Source of the DNA: Candidatus Bathyarchaeia archaeon
Lineage (GTDB): Archaea > Thermoproteota > Bathyarchaeia > Bathyarchaeales > Bathycorpusculaceae
DNA: 64,000 bases
Assembly: GCA_038882955.1 (NCBI GenBank)
Contig: JAVZNC010000002.1
Span: forward strand, 192,001 to 256,000
Direction: 5' to 3'
The translations under genes and the position numbers were made by a program. The notes beneath the pieces are model-generated. The model saw only the letters and a program-made list of their open reading frames with translations. It was not told the origin of the DNA and ran no database searches. Positions 20,416 through 30,350 of the stretch are shown here, one piece after another. Position 1 is the stretch's first letter, and every line of letters starts with the position of its first letter.

Positions 20416-20691
20416 GTGAATGTTCCAAAGGAGATTAGGACTTACTGTCCAAAGTGTAAGAGTCACCAGTTGCATGCTGTGACGTTGTACAAGGCTGGAA
20501 AGCGAAGGGCTCTCGCTAAGGGTGAGCGTCACCACGAGCGGGAAAAGAAGGGTTATGGCGGGCAAAAATATCCCCTTCAGAGGGAATTTTCAAAAACCAC
20601 CAAGAAGCAGACTTTGAAGTTGAAGTGTAAGGTTTGCGGTTACACAAGGCATGGAGAAGGCATGCGCCTCAGAAAGTTGACAATCACCTAA
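20416..20691 (+). CDS. rpl44e: 50S ribosomal protein L44e
   Basis: TYCPKC..H, KGYGGQ, KTTKK..LKLKC..CG. Confidence 0.97.
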   Translation: MNVPKEIRTYCPKCKSHQLHAVTLYKAGKRRALAKGERHHEREKKGYGGQKYPLQREFSKTTKKQTLKLKCKVCGYTRHGEGMRLRKLTIT

Positions 20692-20707
20692 CGCGGAGGT
20701 TTAAGTT

Positions 20708-20905
20708 ATGAGTGAATGGGAGAAACTTATTCCAAGACCGCGGAGCAGCTTTGTCAGGGTGAAATGCCTCAAATGCGGTAACGAACAAATAATCTTCAGT
20801 CACGCCACGAACAGGGTTAATTGTAATGTTTGCGGGACAGAACTTGCAGAGCCTTCTGGCGGAAAAGCGGTAATAAAAGGCGAGATGGTGCTAGTCTTCG
20901 AGTAG
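20708..20905 (+). CDS. rps27e: 30S ribosomal protein S27e
   Basis: PRSSFVRVKC..CGNEQIIF, C..CG..LAEPSGGKA. Confidence 0.97.
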   Translation: MSEWEKLIPRPRSSFVRVKCLKCGNEQIIFSHATNRVNCNVCGTELAEPSGGKAVIKGEMVLVFE

Positions 20906-20926
20906 AACGAGGTGGTGGCAGCCTTT

Positions 20927-21715
20927 ATGTCTTTTAAGAAGCCAGAGTGGCCTGAAGTTGGGGATTTGGTTATAGCCACTATTGAGTCTGTTACTGATTA
21001 TGGTGCTTACGTGAGACTTGATGAGTATGATAAGAAGGGGTTGCTGCACATTTCTGAAATTTCTTCTGCTTGGATTCGGAACATTCGGGACTTTGTTCGT
21101 GAAAACCAAAAAGTTGTTTTGAAGGTTTTGCGGGTTGACACTGAAAAGGGGCACATAGACCTTTCTTTAAGGAGGGTTACAAAAAGGGAAAAAATTGAAA
21201 AGATTCTGTCTTGGAAACGCGAGCGGAAAGCCGAAAACCTGCTTAGAAACGTGGCGGAAAAGGTTGGCTTGCCGGTTGAGGAGGTTTACGAGAAAGCAGG
21301 GGCGCTAATGGAGAAGGAATACGGCTTATACGAAAGTTTTGAGAAGGCTGCGAGGGAAGGCGCTGGCTTTTTGGTTAAACTTGGAGTACCCGAGAAAATC
21401 GCCAACACTGTTGTTGATATTGCAAGGGAAAGAATGCCAGTGCCGATGGTTAAGGTGAAGGGAATAGTTGAACTTCGCTGTATGAAGCCTAACGGTGTTA
21501 AAATCATTAAAGAGGCTTTTTCGGAGGCTAAGAAGGCTGAAAAAGTTCGTGATGCGAAAATGCGGTTTTATGTTGTTGCAGCGCCAAAATATTGTATCGA
21601 GGTTATGGCGGAAAATTACAAGCATGCGGAAAGCACACTTCAGAGAGTTGCCGAAAATGTCGTTTCGAATGTTGTTAAGGCTGGTGGGCAGGGGGTTTTT
21701 AAGAGGGAAAAGTGA
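20927..21715 (+). CDS. eif2a: Translation initiation factor aIF-2 alpha
   Basis: PEVGDLV, YGAYVRLDEY, GLLHISEIS, GHIDLSLRRV, AAPKY. Confidence 0.97.
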   Translation: MSFKKPEWPEVGDLVIATIESVTDYGAYVRLDEYDKKGLLHISEISSAWIRNIRDFVRENQKVVLKVLRVDTEKGHIDLSLRRVTKREKIEKILSWKRERKAENLLRNVAEKVGLPVEEVYEKAGALMEKEYGLYESFEKAAREGAGFLVKLGVPEKIANTVVDIARERMPVPMVKVKGIVELRCMKPNGVKIIKEAFSEAKKAEKVRDAKMRFYVVAAPKYCIEVMAENYKHAESTLQRVAENVVSNVVKAGGQGVFKREK

Positions 21716-21882
21716 TGGTTTGGCTTTTAAGAAAATGTGAAAGGTGTGGAGCTTACACTTTAAAAAAGAAAACTTGTCCTTACTGCGGTGGAAAGGTTCG
21801 TGTGCCACATCCGCCAAAGTTTTCTCCAGATGACAAGTATCTTAAGTATAGGATGATTTTGAAAGAGGGACGCGAAAAGTGA
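21715..21882 (+). CDS. nop10: H/ACA RNP protein Nop10 (not in ORF track)
   Basis: Translated by hand: MVWLLRKCERCGAYTLKKKTCPYCGGKVRVPHPPKFSPDDKYLKYRMILKEGREK; overlaps the aIF2a stop; conserved position. Confidence 0.95.
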   Translation: MVWLLRKCERCGAYTLKKKTCPYCGGKVRVPHPPKFSPDDKYLKYRMILKEGREK

Positions 21883-22652
21883 AAGAAACTTTTGTTAAGG
21901 AACTTGTAAAGGTTGAATTAAACAGTCCCGTTTTAATAGAGGGATTGCCTGGTCTTGGACTGGTTGGCAAGATAGCCACGCGCTACTTGATAAGGCAGTT
22001 AAGGGCTGAAAGGTTCGCGTATCTTTATTCTCCACATTTTCCATATTTCGTTCTCGTCAATAAGAAGGGAAGTGTTAGGCTTCTGCGTGGGACATTTTAT
22101 TTCTGGAAAAACAGCAAAGGTGGCAGCGACCTAATCTTGTTCACTGGAGACAGCCAAGCGCAGACGATTGAGGGGCAATATGAAATTTCCGACACGATTT
22201 TGAATTTTGCGAAAGAGCACAACGTGAAAACGATTATTACTGTTGGAGGCTACCGCATGGAAGTGATGGATAAGCCAAAAGTTATTGCGTCTGCAACTGA
22301 TGCGGAATTGTTGAATAAGGCTTTGCAGGCTGGCGCCGTCATGAGTCCAGCTGGGAATCCTATTGTTGGAACTGCTGGTTTGATATTAGGCATGGCGCGC
22401 TTCAAGAGAATTGGCGCTATTTGTCTCTTGGGGGAAACGCGTGGTTATTTGCCTGATCCTAAGGCTGCGAAAAGTGTGTTGGATGTTCTGCTTTCTTTGG
22501 TTAAGGTTGATTTGGATTTGCGTGGTTTGGATGAGGAAATTGCTAAGGCGGAGAAGATGATTACTCGTTTGCAGAAGATTGAGGAAAAGAGAATTTTGCA
22601 AGCTGAAGAAACGCGGAAGGAAGAAGACAAGAAAATAACCTACATTTCCTAG
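21879..22652 (+). CDS. PAC2-family proteasome assembly chaperone
   Basis: IEGLPGLGLVGKIA, GDSQ, IVGTAGLILG, LLGETRGY..DPKAA. Confidence 0.9.
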   Translation: MKETFVKELVKVELNSPVLIEGLPGLGLVGKIATRYLIRQLRAERFAYLYSPHFPYFVLVNKKGSVRLLRGTFYFWKNSKGGSDLILFTGDSQAQTIEGQYEISDTILNFAKEHNVKTIITVGGYRMEVMDKPKVIASATDAELLNKALQAGAVMSPAGNPIVGTAGLILGMARFKRIGAICLLGETRGYLPDPKAAKSVLDVLLSLVKVDLDLRGLDEEIAKAEKMITRLQKIEEKRILQAEETRKEEDKKITYIS

Positions 22653-22655
22653 ATG

Positions 22656-23744
22656 TTAAAGAGCCATTTCCTCCTTAATTATTTTTGCAATCTTTTCAGC
22701 TGCTTTGCCATCCCCGTACGGCGAGCGTTTCGGCAGCGGTTTTGGATGTTCCAGCGTCCTTGTTATTCCACTGATTATTTCTTCCTTTTTTATGCCAATG
22801 ACCTCTGCAAAGCCCGCTTTTACGGCTTCTGGTCTTTCGGTTGAAAGTCGGATAACAAGAACATGCTTTCTCATGCAAGGCGCTGTTGCCTCTTCTTGGA
22901 TTCCGCCAGAATCTGTTATTATCAATTTGCAATTTTTCATCAAAACAAGAAAGTCAAAATATCCAAGCGGCGGTAAGACTTGAACATTTTCGGACTTCTT
23001 GATTTTCGAGTAAATTCCGTTTCTTCGCAGTCTTTTTCGTGTGCGAGGATGCATTGGATAAACAATTGGTATTGGCGCTTCAGAAAAGGCATCCACAAAA
23101 TTCTTTAAGACTTCAGGGTTGTCCACGTTTTCCGCTCTGTGGGCTGTTACTAAGGCGAACTCCTTGAAGCGTACTTCCCCTAGAATTTTTGATTTTCTTT
23201 CGGCTATTGGTAGATGCTGGATTGCAGCGTCTATGACAGTGTTTCCAGTAACATAGATTTTGCCCCAAACATTCTCGCTTTTTAGGTTGGCTTCTGCAAT
23301 TTTTGTTGGCGCGAAAAGGTATGTTGAAATGTGGTCTGTTAGGCGCCTGTTATGTTCTTCTGGCATTCGTAAATCAAAGCTTCTTAACCCAGCTTCTACA
23401 TGTCCAACAAATATGTCGAGTTTAACCGATGCTAGCGCTGTTGCGAGAACTCCGTTTGTGTCGCCTTCAACGAGAACCAGTGATGGTGAAGTCTGTCTCA
23501 TTAATTTTTCCATGTGAGCCATTATTCTGGCGGTTTGCATCCCTTGCGAGTACGCTTTAACTTTGTAACCGTAGTTTGGCGTTGGGAGTTCGAGTTCTTC
23601 GATGAATTGCTGCGACATGTTATAGTCGTAGTGTTGACCGCAATGAACAAAAGTTAAGGGCATACTGCGTTTTTGCAGCTCTCTGATAAGCGGAGCCATT
23701 TTTATTATTTCTGGACGTGTGCCAACAACAACCATTATTGTCAT
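22656..23744 (-). CDS. wecB: UDP-N-acetylglucosamine 2-epimerase (non-hydrolysing)
   Basis: GTRPEIIKMAP, GQHYD, HVEAGLRS, MPEEHNR, TDSGGIQEEA, TERPE. Confidence 0.95.
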   Translation of the reverse strand: MTIMVVVGTRPEIIKMAPLIRELQKRSMPLTFVHCGQHYDYNMSQQFIEELELPTPNYGYKVKAYSQGMQTARIMAHMEKLMRQTSPSLVLVEGDTNGVLATALASVKLDIFVGHVEAGLRSFDLRMPEEHNRRLTDHISTYLFAPTKIAEANLKSENVWGKIYVTGNTVIDAAIQHLPIAERKSKILGEVRFKEFALVTAHRAENVDNPEVLKNFVDAFSEAPIPIVYPMHPRTRKRLRRNGIYSKIKKSENVQVLPPLGYFDFLVLMKNCKLIITDSGGIQEEATAPCMRKHVLVIRLSTERPEAVKAGFAEVIGIKKEEIISGITRTLEHPKPLPKRSPYGDGKAAEKIAKIIKEEMAL

Positions 23745-23939
23745 TTATTTCCATCCTTCAACATGAGACTCAAGCATTTTTGTGATGGTTTAAGTTTAAT
23801 TTTGGATATTTCTGAGAAGTTTTAAGCTTTAATCAAATATTCAGATAATAATCTTTAAGTTGCGTTGGTTTTTGTTACGTACAAAGAAACTTACTTTTCG
23901 TTTCCATTAATTTTTCAGAAATTTCAGTTGGGATAGTAT

Positions 23940-24500
23940 ATGCGCGTATTTAAGAGTAAAAGGGGATTGAGCGTAGTAGTTACAACGTTGATAATACTGG
24001 TCGTCTCAGTGTTGTTAGCGACCGTCGTGACGTTTTACGCAATCAACGTTACAACAACGAGGGTTCAAGAGGAAAGTCTTCAGATATTCAAATTGCACAT
24101 ATGGCACAATGGAACAACATTTTCCGAAGCAGCGTTCTTGATAATCAACACTGGTGGACGCGACTTAGTAATTGACAAGATAGCTGTTAGGGGTCAAGAG
24201 TGCCAATGGAGTAACGTTTACTATAACAAAACCGAGGATACTATAAACGAAGATTTGCCCTACATTATTCCACACGAAAATGGCACGCTCATCGGTATGG
24301 TTGTGGATCTGTCGTCTGAGGACTACAGTTTGCAGCAAGCCAGTGATGACTTAATCTTGCGGTCTGGTTGGAGCATGATAGTTTACATAGTTAATCCAGA
24401 TCACGTTTCAGTAAGCGACATTGGTGTTACAATTGGCATAACAGTGTTTACGGCTAATGCGCAATATTACAAGGAATCCAATGTTGAGGCAGCGCACTAG
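23940..24500 (+). CDS. Archaeal type IV pilin/archaellin-like protein
   Basis: Class III signal peptide SKRG/LS followed by a hydrophobic stretch; NTGGRD motif. Confidence 0.75.
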   Translation: MRVFKSKRGLSVVVTTLIILVVSVLLATVVTFYAINVTTTRVQEESLQIFKLHIWHNGTTFSEAAFLIINTGGRDLVIDKIAVRGQECQWSNVYYNKTEDTINEDLPYIIPHENGTLIGMVVDLSSEDYSLQQASDDLILRSGWSMIVYIVNPDHVSVSDIGVTIGITVFTANAQYYKESNVEAAH

Positions 24501-24525
24501 CTACGCCTTCTTTTTCAATTATAAG

Positions 24526-26574
24526 CTATGTTTTCTTTAGATAGCCTTCCCTAGGCTCATATATCGTTCCTTCACGCAGCAACTGCCCTATGAGGCGTTC
24601 CGCTTCCGCCCTCGGAATCTTGTATTTATTTTCCAATTCGTCTATTAGCGCTTCCCTTTCAACGATTCCCGTCTCCTTCTCCATCTCCATAAGCTTCGAA
24701 ATTATCACTTGCAGTTTGTCCCTCGCGCTTTTTGGTTTTCCAGTCATTATTATGTCTATGTCAAGCTTGAATGAAGAGACATCGATGCCAACCTCTTCAA
24801 GTGAACGCTTCATTATCGCAATTGCAGCCTCAGCGTCCTCAGCTAAAACCTCTTTTCTTAATGCTGCTCGGGCTCTAGCCTCTGCTACGCGCACAAGCGA
24901 TTCAAGTTGGCGGGCTGTAATTGCGACTGGCGAGCTTTCTGACTCGGTTATTGAACGCATTGCCAAATAGAAATCTCTGAGTCGCTCTAACGCCTCTTGG
25001 GTTAAAACCGGCTTTATTCCCCTCGCGTAACTTATGTATTTGCGCAGCAAATCTGATGGTATTGGGGGTTCTGCAGGGCTTGAGCCTTTCCTGTGCATTT
25101 CTAGGATGTGCTCTGACATTTTGCCGTCCATTTCCTTGTTCGGCACATCCCTTAAAATGAAAATTAAATCGAATCTCGAGAGTATTGTGACTGGCAAGGA
25201 AATGTTTTCAGCAACTGTGCGGTGCGGCACGTACCTTCCTAGTGTCGGGTTTGCAGCTGCCAGAATGGCCGTTCTAGCGTTTAATGTTGCCACGATGCCG
25301 CCTTTTGCAACTGAAACCGTGTGCTGTTCCATTGCCTCGTGGATTGCAACTCTATCCTCTGGGCGCATCTTATCCATCTCATCGATACACGCAATTCCCT
25401 TGTCAGCCAAAACCAAAGCGCCAGCCTCAAGGCTCATTCCTCCGCCTTTTTCGCGTATTACTGCTGCTGTTAAGCCAGCTGCTGTTGTGCCGCGTCCAGA
25501 CGTGTATAACCCTCGGGGTGCAACCCTTGCCACGTACTGTAAGAGCTGCGATTTCGCTGTTCCCGGGTCGCCTATCAGAAGGGCGTTTATCTCCCCCCTT
25601 ATTGTTATGTCTGGGAGATTTTTTGGGACTCCGCCAAAAAGAAGGTACATTATCGCCTCTTTTATGTGGTCATAACCATAAATTGACGGTGCAATCGAAT
25701 TTATTATCTTCCTATGTATCCACGGGTCCTTTGCCAACTCTAGGATTTTTTCCTCTTCTTCTGGTGATGGAAGCGCTGTTTCAGGCTCTTTACCCAAAAC
25801 TTCTATAGAATTTGCATCCAAGTGAAGTCTGAAAGTGCGAAGTTTTCCAACTCTTGGAAGTGATGGAGCTACAACCCGAACCATGCCAACTATTGAAACG
25901 TGGTCGCCTGGTCTTGCGACATCAACTATTTCTGCTCCGACAAGCTTAATTTGTAAGGTTCTTGGGAGCTGACCTGGTGGGAGGTCTTCTGGTCTTTCTT
26001 GGACGCGCAGTTCCTGTGAATCTATGAATGCAGATTCTTCTTGAATGAAGTCGAATGGTCCTTTTGCTCCGCATTCTGGGTTTCTGCATTTAAATGGTGC
26101 TTTTAGGAATTGTCCTGTTTGGTCTTCGAATGAGAGTTCTCCGCATCTTCTGCATTTGAATGCTGCCCGTAGAACCATTGGGCGCACTGGCGTCGAGCGT
26201 ACCACGATACCTTCTATCATTACCAGTTTTCCAATGTGGTCTGAACCGAGTTTTCTTAGCGGCGTTGCCTCTAGCAGCCTAACGATTCTGGCGGTTAATG
26301 TTTCCCGTTTGCTGGTGAGCCTTTCGGCGTATTCTGGGTCTTCGCTTTCAAGCTGTGCATAGGCTGCATTATTGGCGTATTGTAGGTACTCGTCTGGTTT
26401 TTCAAGGAGTTTTTCTGCAAGTTTGTTGTCAAAGATTAGGATGTCTTCAAAATCAACTATTAATGATGTTTTGCCCGCAACAGCCAACTGTGCAATTTTT
26501 TGTCTGTACTTCTCTGTTTTGAAAAATTCTTGGAACTGTTCTTGGGGGTTTACAACCTCTAATTCTCCACTCAT
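24526..26574 (-). CDS. mcm: MCM replicative helicase
   Basis: GDPGTAKSQ Walker A, CIDEMDK, ILSRFDL, TARQLESL; C4 zinc finger; start taken at MSGELE; no intein. Confidence 0.97.
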   Translation of the reverse strand: MSGELEVVNPQEQFQEFFKTEKYRQKIAQLAVAGKTSLIVDFEDILIFDNKLAEKLLEKPDEYLQYANNAAYAQLESEDPEYAERLTSKRETLTARIVRLLEATPLRKLGSDHIGKLVMIEGIVVRSTPVRPMVLRAAFKCRRCGELSFEDQTGQFLKAPFKCRNPECGAKGPFDFIQEESAFIDSQELRVQERPEDLPPGQLPRTLQIKLVGAEIVDVARPGDHVSIVGMVRVVAPSLPRVGKLRTFRLHLDANSIEVLGKEPETALPSPEEEEKILELAKDPWIHRKIINSIAPSIYGYDHIKEAIMYLLFGGVPKNLPDITIRGEINALLIGDPGTAKSQLLQYVARVAPRGLYTSGRGTTAAGLTAAVIREKGGGMSLEAGALVLADKGIACIDEMDKMRPEDRVAIHEAMEQHTVSVAKGGIVATLNARTAILAAANPTLGRYVPHRTVAENISLPVTILSRFDLIFILRDVPNKEMDGKMSEHILEMHRKGSSPAEPPIPSDLLRKYISYARGIKPVLTQEALERLRDFYLAMRSITESESSPVAITARQLESLVRVAEARARAALRKEVLAEDAEAAIAIMKRSLEEVGIDVSSFKLDIDIIMTGKPKSARDKLQVIISKLMEMEKETGIVEREALIDELENKYKIPRAEAERLIGQLLREGTIYEPREGYLKKT

Positions 26575-27146
26575 TCTCCTCGCTCCTCTTCGTGCTCCAA
26601 TATTTGAGCTTTCCATCTGTGGATAAGTTTGCGTAAACGTTCGTAAATTAGCCTTTCCTCACGCGTGAGGTTTTTCAAAATCTGTTCGGTTTGTCCAAAA
26701 TTTGCAGTTGCCAGCGAAACAATCTTTTTTAGGCGCGCGTTAATCATGTCACGTATCACTTGCCTACTTTTTTCGTATTCCCTCATCTTTTCTGGAGACT
26801 TTGCCGAAGCCTTCTTTAGCTCCGCCAAATACCTTCGCAATTTTGGATAAAAGTTCTCTGGAAGCTTTGATATCTGGCTTGGCGTTTGGACGCGTTCCAT
26901 CCACTGAATCTTATAAATCTTTTTCGCATCCAAAAGTTCTTCTTCACGAAAGCGGACAATTCCAGCCCTTTCAAGTTCTTGTGCAATCCAGAACGGTACT
27001 TCGTACACATTTCCTTCTTCGAAAGGTCCAACATTCAGCCCCACAAGCTTAATTTCGGGGCAGTTCCTGTTTGCAATAACGCTTACTGGCAAATTTTCAA
27101 ATTCGAAGTCTAAAGTTTTGATGTTTGGCAAAGTCTTTTCCTGCAT
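26571..27146 (-). CDS. gins23: GINS subunit Gins23
   Basis: EVPFWIA..L B-domain followed by KLPENFY and ARLKKI, LTREE; directly upstream of mcm. Confidence 0.88.
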   Translation of the reverse strand: MQEKTLPNIKTLDFEFENLPVSVIANRNCPEIKLVGLNVGPFEEGNVYEVPFWIAQELERAGIVRFREEELLDAKKIYKIQWMERVQTPSQISKLPENFYPKLRRYLAELKKASAKSPEKMREYEKSRQVIRDMINARLKKIVSLATANFGQTEQILKNLTREERLIYERLRKLIHRWKAQILEHEEERGE

Positions 27147-27280
27147 TTCCTCTTTCCCTTTATTTAGGACTATTTTCGCGTAGAAGATATAAGGACAGTA
27201 GTTTAAAAATTTAGATTGCGAAATTAAAAACACGAAGGTTGTATGAGAAAATTGAATCTAGTCGATTCTGCGGTTTTCTG

Positions 27281-28540
27281 TTAAGGCCATAGCCCCAATG
27301 TTTTTATTGCTTCGCTTACTCTTCCGATGCCAAGCATCAAAGCTGCTGTGCGCATGCTCTCTTTCTCCTTCTCCATCAAGTTGTAAACGTCATTAAACGC
27401 CTTCACCATAATGTTCTCGAGTTTTCTGTTCACTTCTTCAAGTGTCCAATGTTCCCTTGTCAGGTTTTGAACCCACTCGAAATAGCTTGCGGTTACACCG
27501 CCAGCATTTGCCAATATGTCTGGAACTAGGAAAACTCTTTTTTCCCGAAGTATTTTATCTGCCTCTGGAGTTGTCGGTCCGTTTGCACCTTCAACTATTA
27601 TTTTTGCTCTTATCCTGTTTGCGTTGGCTTTTGTTATCTGGTTTTCAAGCGCCGCTGGTATTAGGATGTCACATTTTGTCTCAAGCAATTCTTCGTTTGA
27701 TATATTCTTGCATTTTGGATAATTGATTACCGAGCCAGTTTTCATTTTATGTTCGTAAACTTTGCGTGGGTTTAACCCGTCTGGGCAATAAATTCCTCCA
27801 GCGGAATCGCTAACTGCCACGATTTTGCATCCCATGTCATGTGCGATTTTAGCTGCGTTCCATCCGACGTTTCCGTAGCCTTGCACTGCAGCTGTTGCGC
27901 CCTTAAACTTTAAGCCTAAACGTTTTGCTGCTTCTCTTGCGCAGATTACAACTCCTCTTGAGGTAGCTTCTTCTCTACCCTCAGAGCCTCCTACGCTTAT
28001 TGGTTTGCCAGTGACGCATTCTGGTACGCTGTAACCTTTGTATTGGCTGTATGTGTCCATTATCCATGCCATTGTTTGCGCGTCTGTGTACACGTCTGGT
28101 GCTGGCACATCACGGTATGGTCCAATATAGTCAAGAATTAGACTTGTGTATCTTCTTGTGAGCCTTTCCAGTTCAGTTTTTGACATTTCTTTCGGGTTGC
28201 AGCATACTCCGCCTTTTGCCCCTCCGTATGGAATGTCTACGACTGCGCATTTCCAAGTCATCCACATGGCGAGTGCTGTTACTTCTTCGAGTGTTACATT
28301 TGGGTGATAGCGTATGCCGCCTTTGAATGGTCCACGTGCATCCCAGTGTTGAACACGGCATCCATTGAATGTGCGTATGCTTCCGTCATCCATCCTTATT
28401 GTAATGGAAACAATTAACGACCTTTTAGGATGCTTCAGCATCTCATGGGTTCCAGGGTCTAAATTTAGTTTTTCAGCGGCTATTTCTAACTGTTCCAAAG
28501 CCACATCTAATGCTGTTTGTTGCTCTTTCATATTCTCCAC
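27281..28540 (-). CDS. gdhA: Glutamate dehydrogenase (canonical length)
   Basis: GPFKGGIRYHP, MTWKCA, GGAKGG, DVPAPDV, QGYGNVG, EGANGP, NAGGV. Confidence 0.96.
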   Translation of the reverse strand: MENMKEQQTALDVALEQLEIAAEKLNLDPGTHEMLKHPKRSLIVSITIRMDDGSIRTFNGCRVQHWDARGPFKGGIRYHPNVTLEEVTALAMWMTWKCAVVDIPYGGAKGGVCCNPKEMSKTELERLTRRYTSLILDYIGPYRDVPAPDVYTDAQTMAWIMDTYSQYKGYSVPECVTGKPISVGGSEGREEATSRGVVICAREAAKRLGLKFKGATAAVQGYGNVGWNAAKIAHDMGCKIVAVSDSAGGIYCPDGLNPRKVYEHKMKTGSVINYPKCKNISNEELLETKCDILIPAALENQITKANANRIRAKIIVEGANGPTTPEADKILREKRVFLVPDILANAGGVTASYFEWVQNLTREHWTLEEVNRKLENIMVKAFNDVYNLMEKEKESMRTAALMLGIGRVSEAIKTLGLWP

Positions 28541-28613
28541 TCCTTACTATGTTTCTTCGCTAGTGGTTTTAAAACTTGTTCTGCGTGAAACTTAAAAAAG
28601 AAGAGGAGGTTGG

Positions 28614-30230
28614 TTAGTCTAATATTCTTTCGATGGCATCTGCTTCAATCTCGTGCGGTAATGGTATGCCTGTCACTTTTGCGGCGATTTCTGATAGGCT
28701 CATCAGATCGTTTCTGTTTATTAGTTCCAGTTTCCATTTTCTGTTTCCAGCCAAGAGCTGCTTTAAGCCGACGCCTATGCGGTCTGTCAAGTAAGTGTAA
28801 AGTGCAACTGCTTCCCATGGAATTTCTTTGAAGCGTTCGCCATGCTTTTCCTTGAGTTCCGGCGCTGCGATGAAGAATTTGTCTGGAGTGTTTCCGAATC
28901 TGTCCGCGAAGGCTTTTGGCAGTTTGCCCTCTTCAGCCAATTGTTTGAAGTAGTTTGCCTTCATTACAGCGGTTAATGGTGAGCGTCCCATCAGAACCGC
29001 CTTCACGAACGGTCCGTCTCCGAAGTTGCTCATGGCGATTGCCTTGAAAATTTGTGTTTCGTTTATGAAGCCCCCAGCCATAATCAAGTCTGGAACGTAT
29101 CTGCCCTTCTTTTTCAGTAATTGTGCGCACTTCAGAACTATTGCTTCTAAGTAAACGGTTGGTATGCTCATCTCGTCCATCATTGGAACGGGGCTCATTC
29201 CAGTTCCGCCGCCAGCACCGTCAAAGTATACCGCGTCAATCTTTGCTTCGGAGGCTATTTTTAGGGTGTATGCCACTGCTGTTGGTCTGTATGCGCCAGT
29301 TTTTAGTGTCACGTGCTTTGCGCCTTGCTTGCGCAGCCATTCTATGTCTTCAATCATGTTCTTTTCTTTCGGTATTCCAACGCGGCTGTGTCTCTCGAAG
29401 GATTTGAAGACTCCTTCTTTGAATGCTTGCTGCACTGTAGGGTCTTCTGGGTCTGGGATAACTATATATCCTCTTTTCTTTAGCATTATCGCCTTTTGCA
29501 AGTCTCTTACGCGAACCTCGCCTCCAATCGCCTTTGCTCCTTGTCCCCACTTTCTCTCTATTACGTTGACTTCCAGTTTTGAGATGGCGTAGACGTCAAC
29601 TCCCAAGCGTTGGTCTTCAACGTTTGTTTGGACGGCTATGTCTCCGTATTTTTCATCCCAGAACTTCCTGAACAAGTCTACTCTGCGTTTTAATTCTTTC
29701 GAATAGGTGACCTTGCCATTTGTGAATTGCGCTTCTGGGTCCATGCCGCAGACGTTTTCTCCGACGATTATTATGGCGCCTGACAATGCTGTGCCTATGG
29801 CTAATCCTTCCCAGTTTAGTCTTGCAACGTCTGTTGAGCCGAAGGCGCCGCATAAAACTGGTATTTTTAGTGGTATGCCTGCAACGACCGTTTCTGTGCT
29901 TGCGTTTGGAAACAGCGCAACATCGGAGTTTTCCTCTATTCCTAAAGCTTCAAAAAGTCCAGCTTGTATGTTGAAGTGTGACCAATCCAGTCCAAAGTCT
30001 TTGAGGGCGCCTGCTGTGCTGTATCCGAATTGTACTGGTTCTGGGTATAGTGCTTCTCTTCCTCTGAAAGCTGAAAGTCCAATTTCGCACATTATTGGGC
30101 AGTCGCGGATGCATATCGGGCACATTCCGCTTGTTGGGCTTGTGTCTTTGACTCGTGTGGTTGTTCCTGTTGTCGATTTTCCGTTCAAATAAGAACTGTT
30201 TCTAAACACGCGTTCGGTCATCTTCTTCAC
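28614..30230 (-). CDS. Stand-alone FMN-binding glutamate synthase-family protein with N-terminal Cys cluster
   Basis: K.GQGAK..GGE, LKTG, DGAGGGTGMSP, AGG, MGR motifs of the GltB FMN barrel; CPICIRDCPIMC N-terminus; no amidotransferase domain. Confidence 0.85.
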   Translation of the reverse strand: MKKMTERVFRNSSYLNGKSTTGTTTRVKDTSPTSGMCPICIRDCPIMCEIGLSAFRGREALYPEPVQFGYSTAGALKDFGLDWSHFNIQAGLFEALGIEENSDVALFPNASTETVVAGIPLKIPVLCGAFGSTDVARLNWEGLAIGTALSGAIIIVGENVCGMDPEAQFTNGKVTYSKELKRRVDLFRKFWDEKYGDIAVQTNVEDQRLGVDVYAISKLEVNVIERKWGQGAKAIGGEVRVRDLQKAIMLKKRGYIVIPDPEDPTVQQAFKEGVFKSFERHSRVGIPKEKNMIEDIEWLRKQGAKHVTLKTGAYRPTAVAYTLKIASEAKIDAVYFDGAGGGTGMSPVPMMDEMSIPTVYLEAIVLKCAQLLKKKGRYVPDLIMAGGFINETQIFKAIAMSNFGDGPFVKAVLMGRSPLTAVMKANYFKQLAEEGKLPKAFADRFGNTPDKFFIAAPELKEKHGERFKEIPWEAVALYTYLTDRIGVGLKQLLAGNRKWKLELINRNDLMSLSEIAAKVTGIPLPHEIEADAIERILD

Positions 30231-30308
30231 CCTTTTACGTTTGTAAATTTCGGTATGAAGGGGTTAATTTTAGTCAACATTTAAACATTACCCTAGAAAC
30301 AGCGAAAA

Positions 30309-30326
30309 ATGAACATGAATGTACAT
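30309..30326. promoter_or_regulatory. Two ATGWACAT boxes 10 bp apart upstream of the GltB-like gene promoter
   Basis: ATGAACAT 30309-30316 and ATGTACAT 30319-30326; minus-strand TATA-like TTTAAA at 30280-30285. Confidence 0.65.
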
Positions 30327-30350
30327 GAAGCGTGCAATTTTACCTCGCCA

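Noticed and set aside
23745-23939. AT-rich gap near mcm as a replication origin
   Set aside because: No ORB-like repeats or cdc6/orc1 gene; explained as the divergent wecB/pilin promoter region
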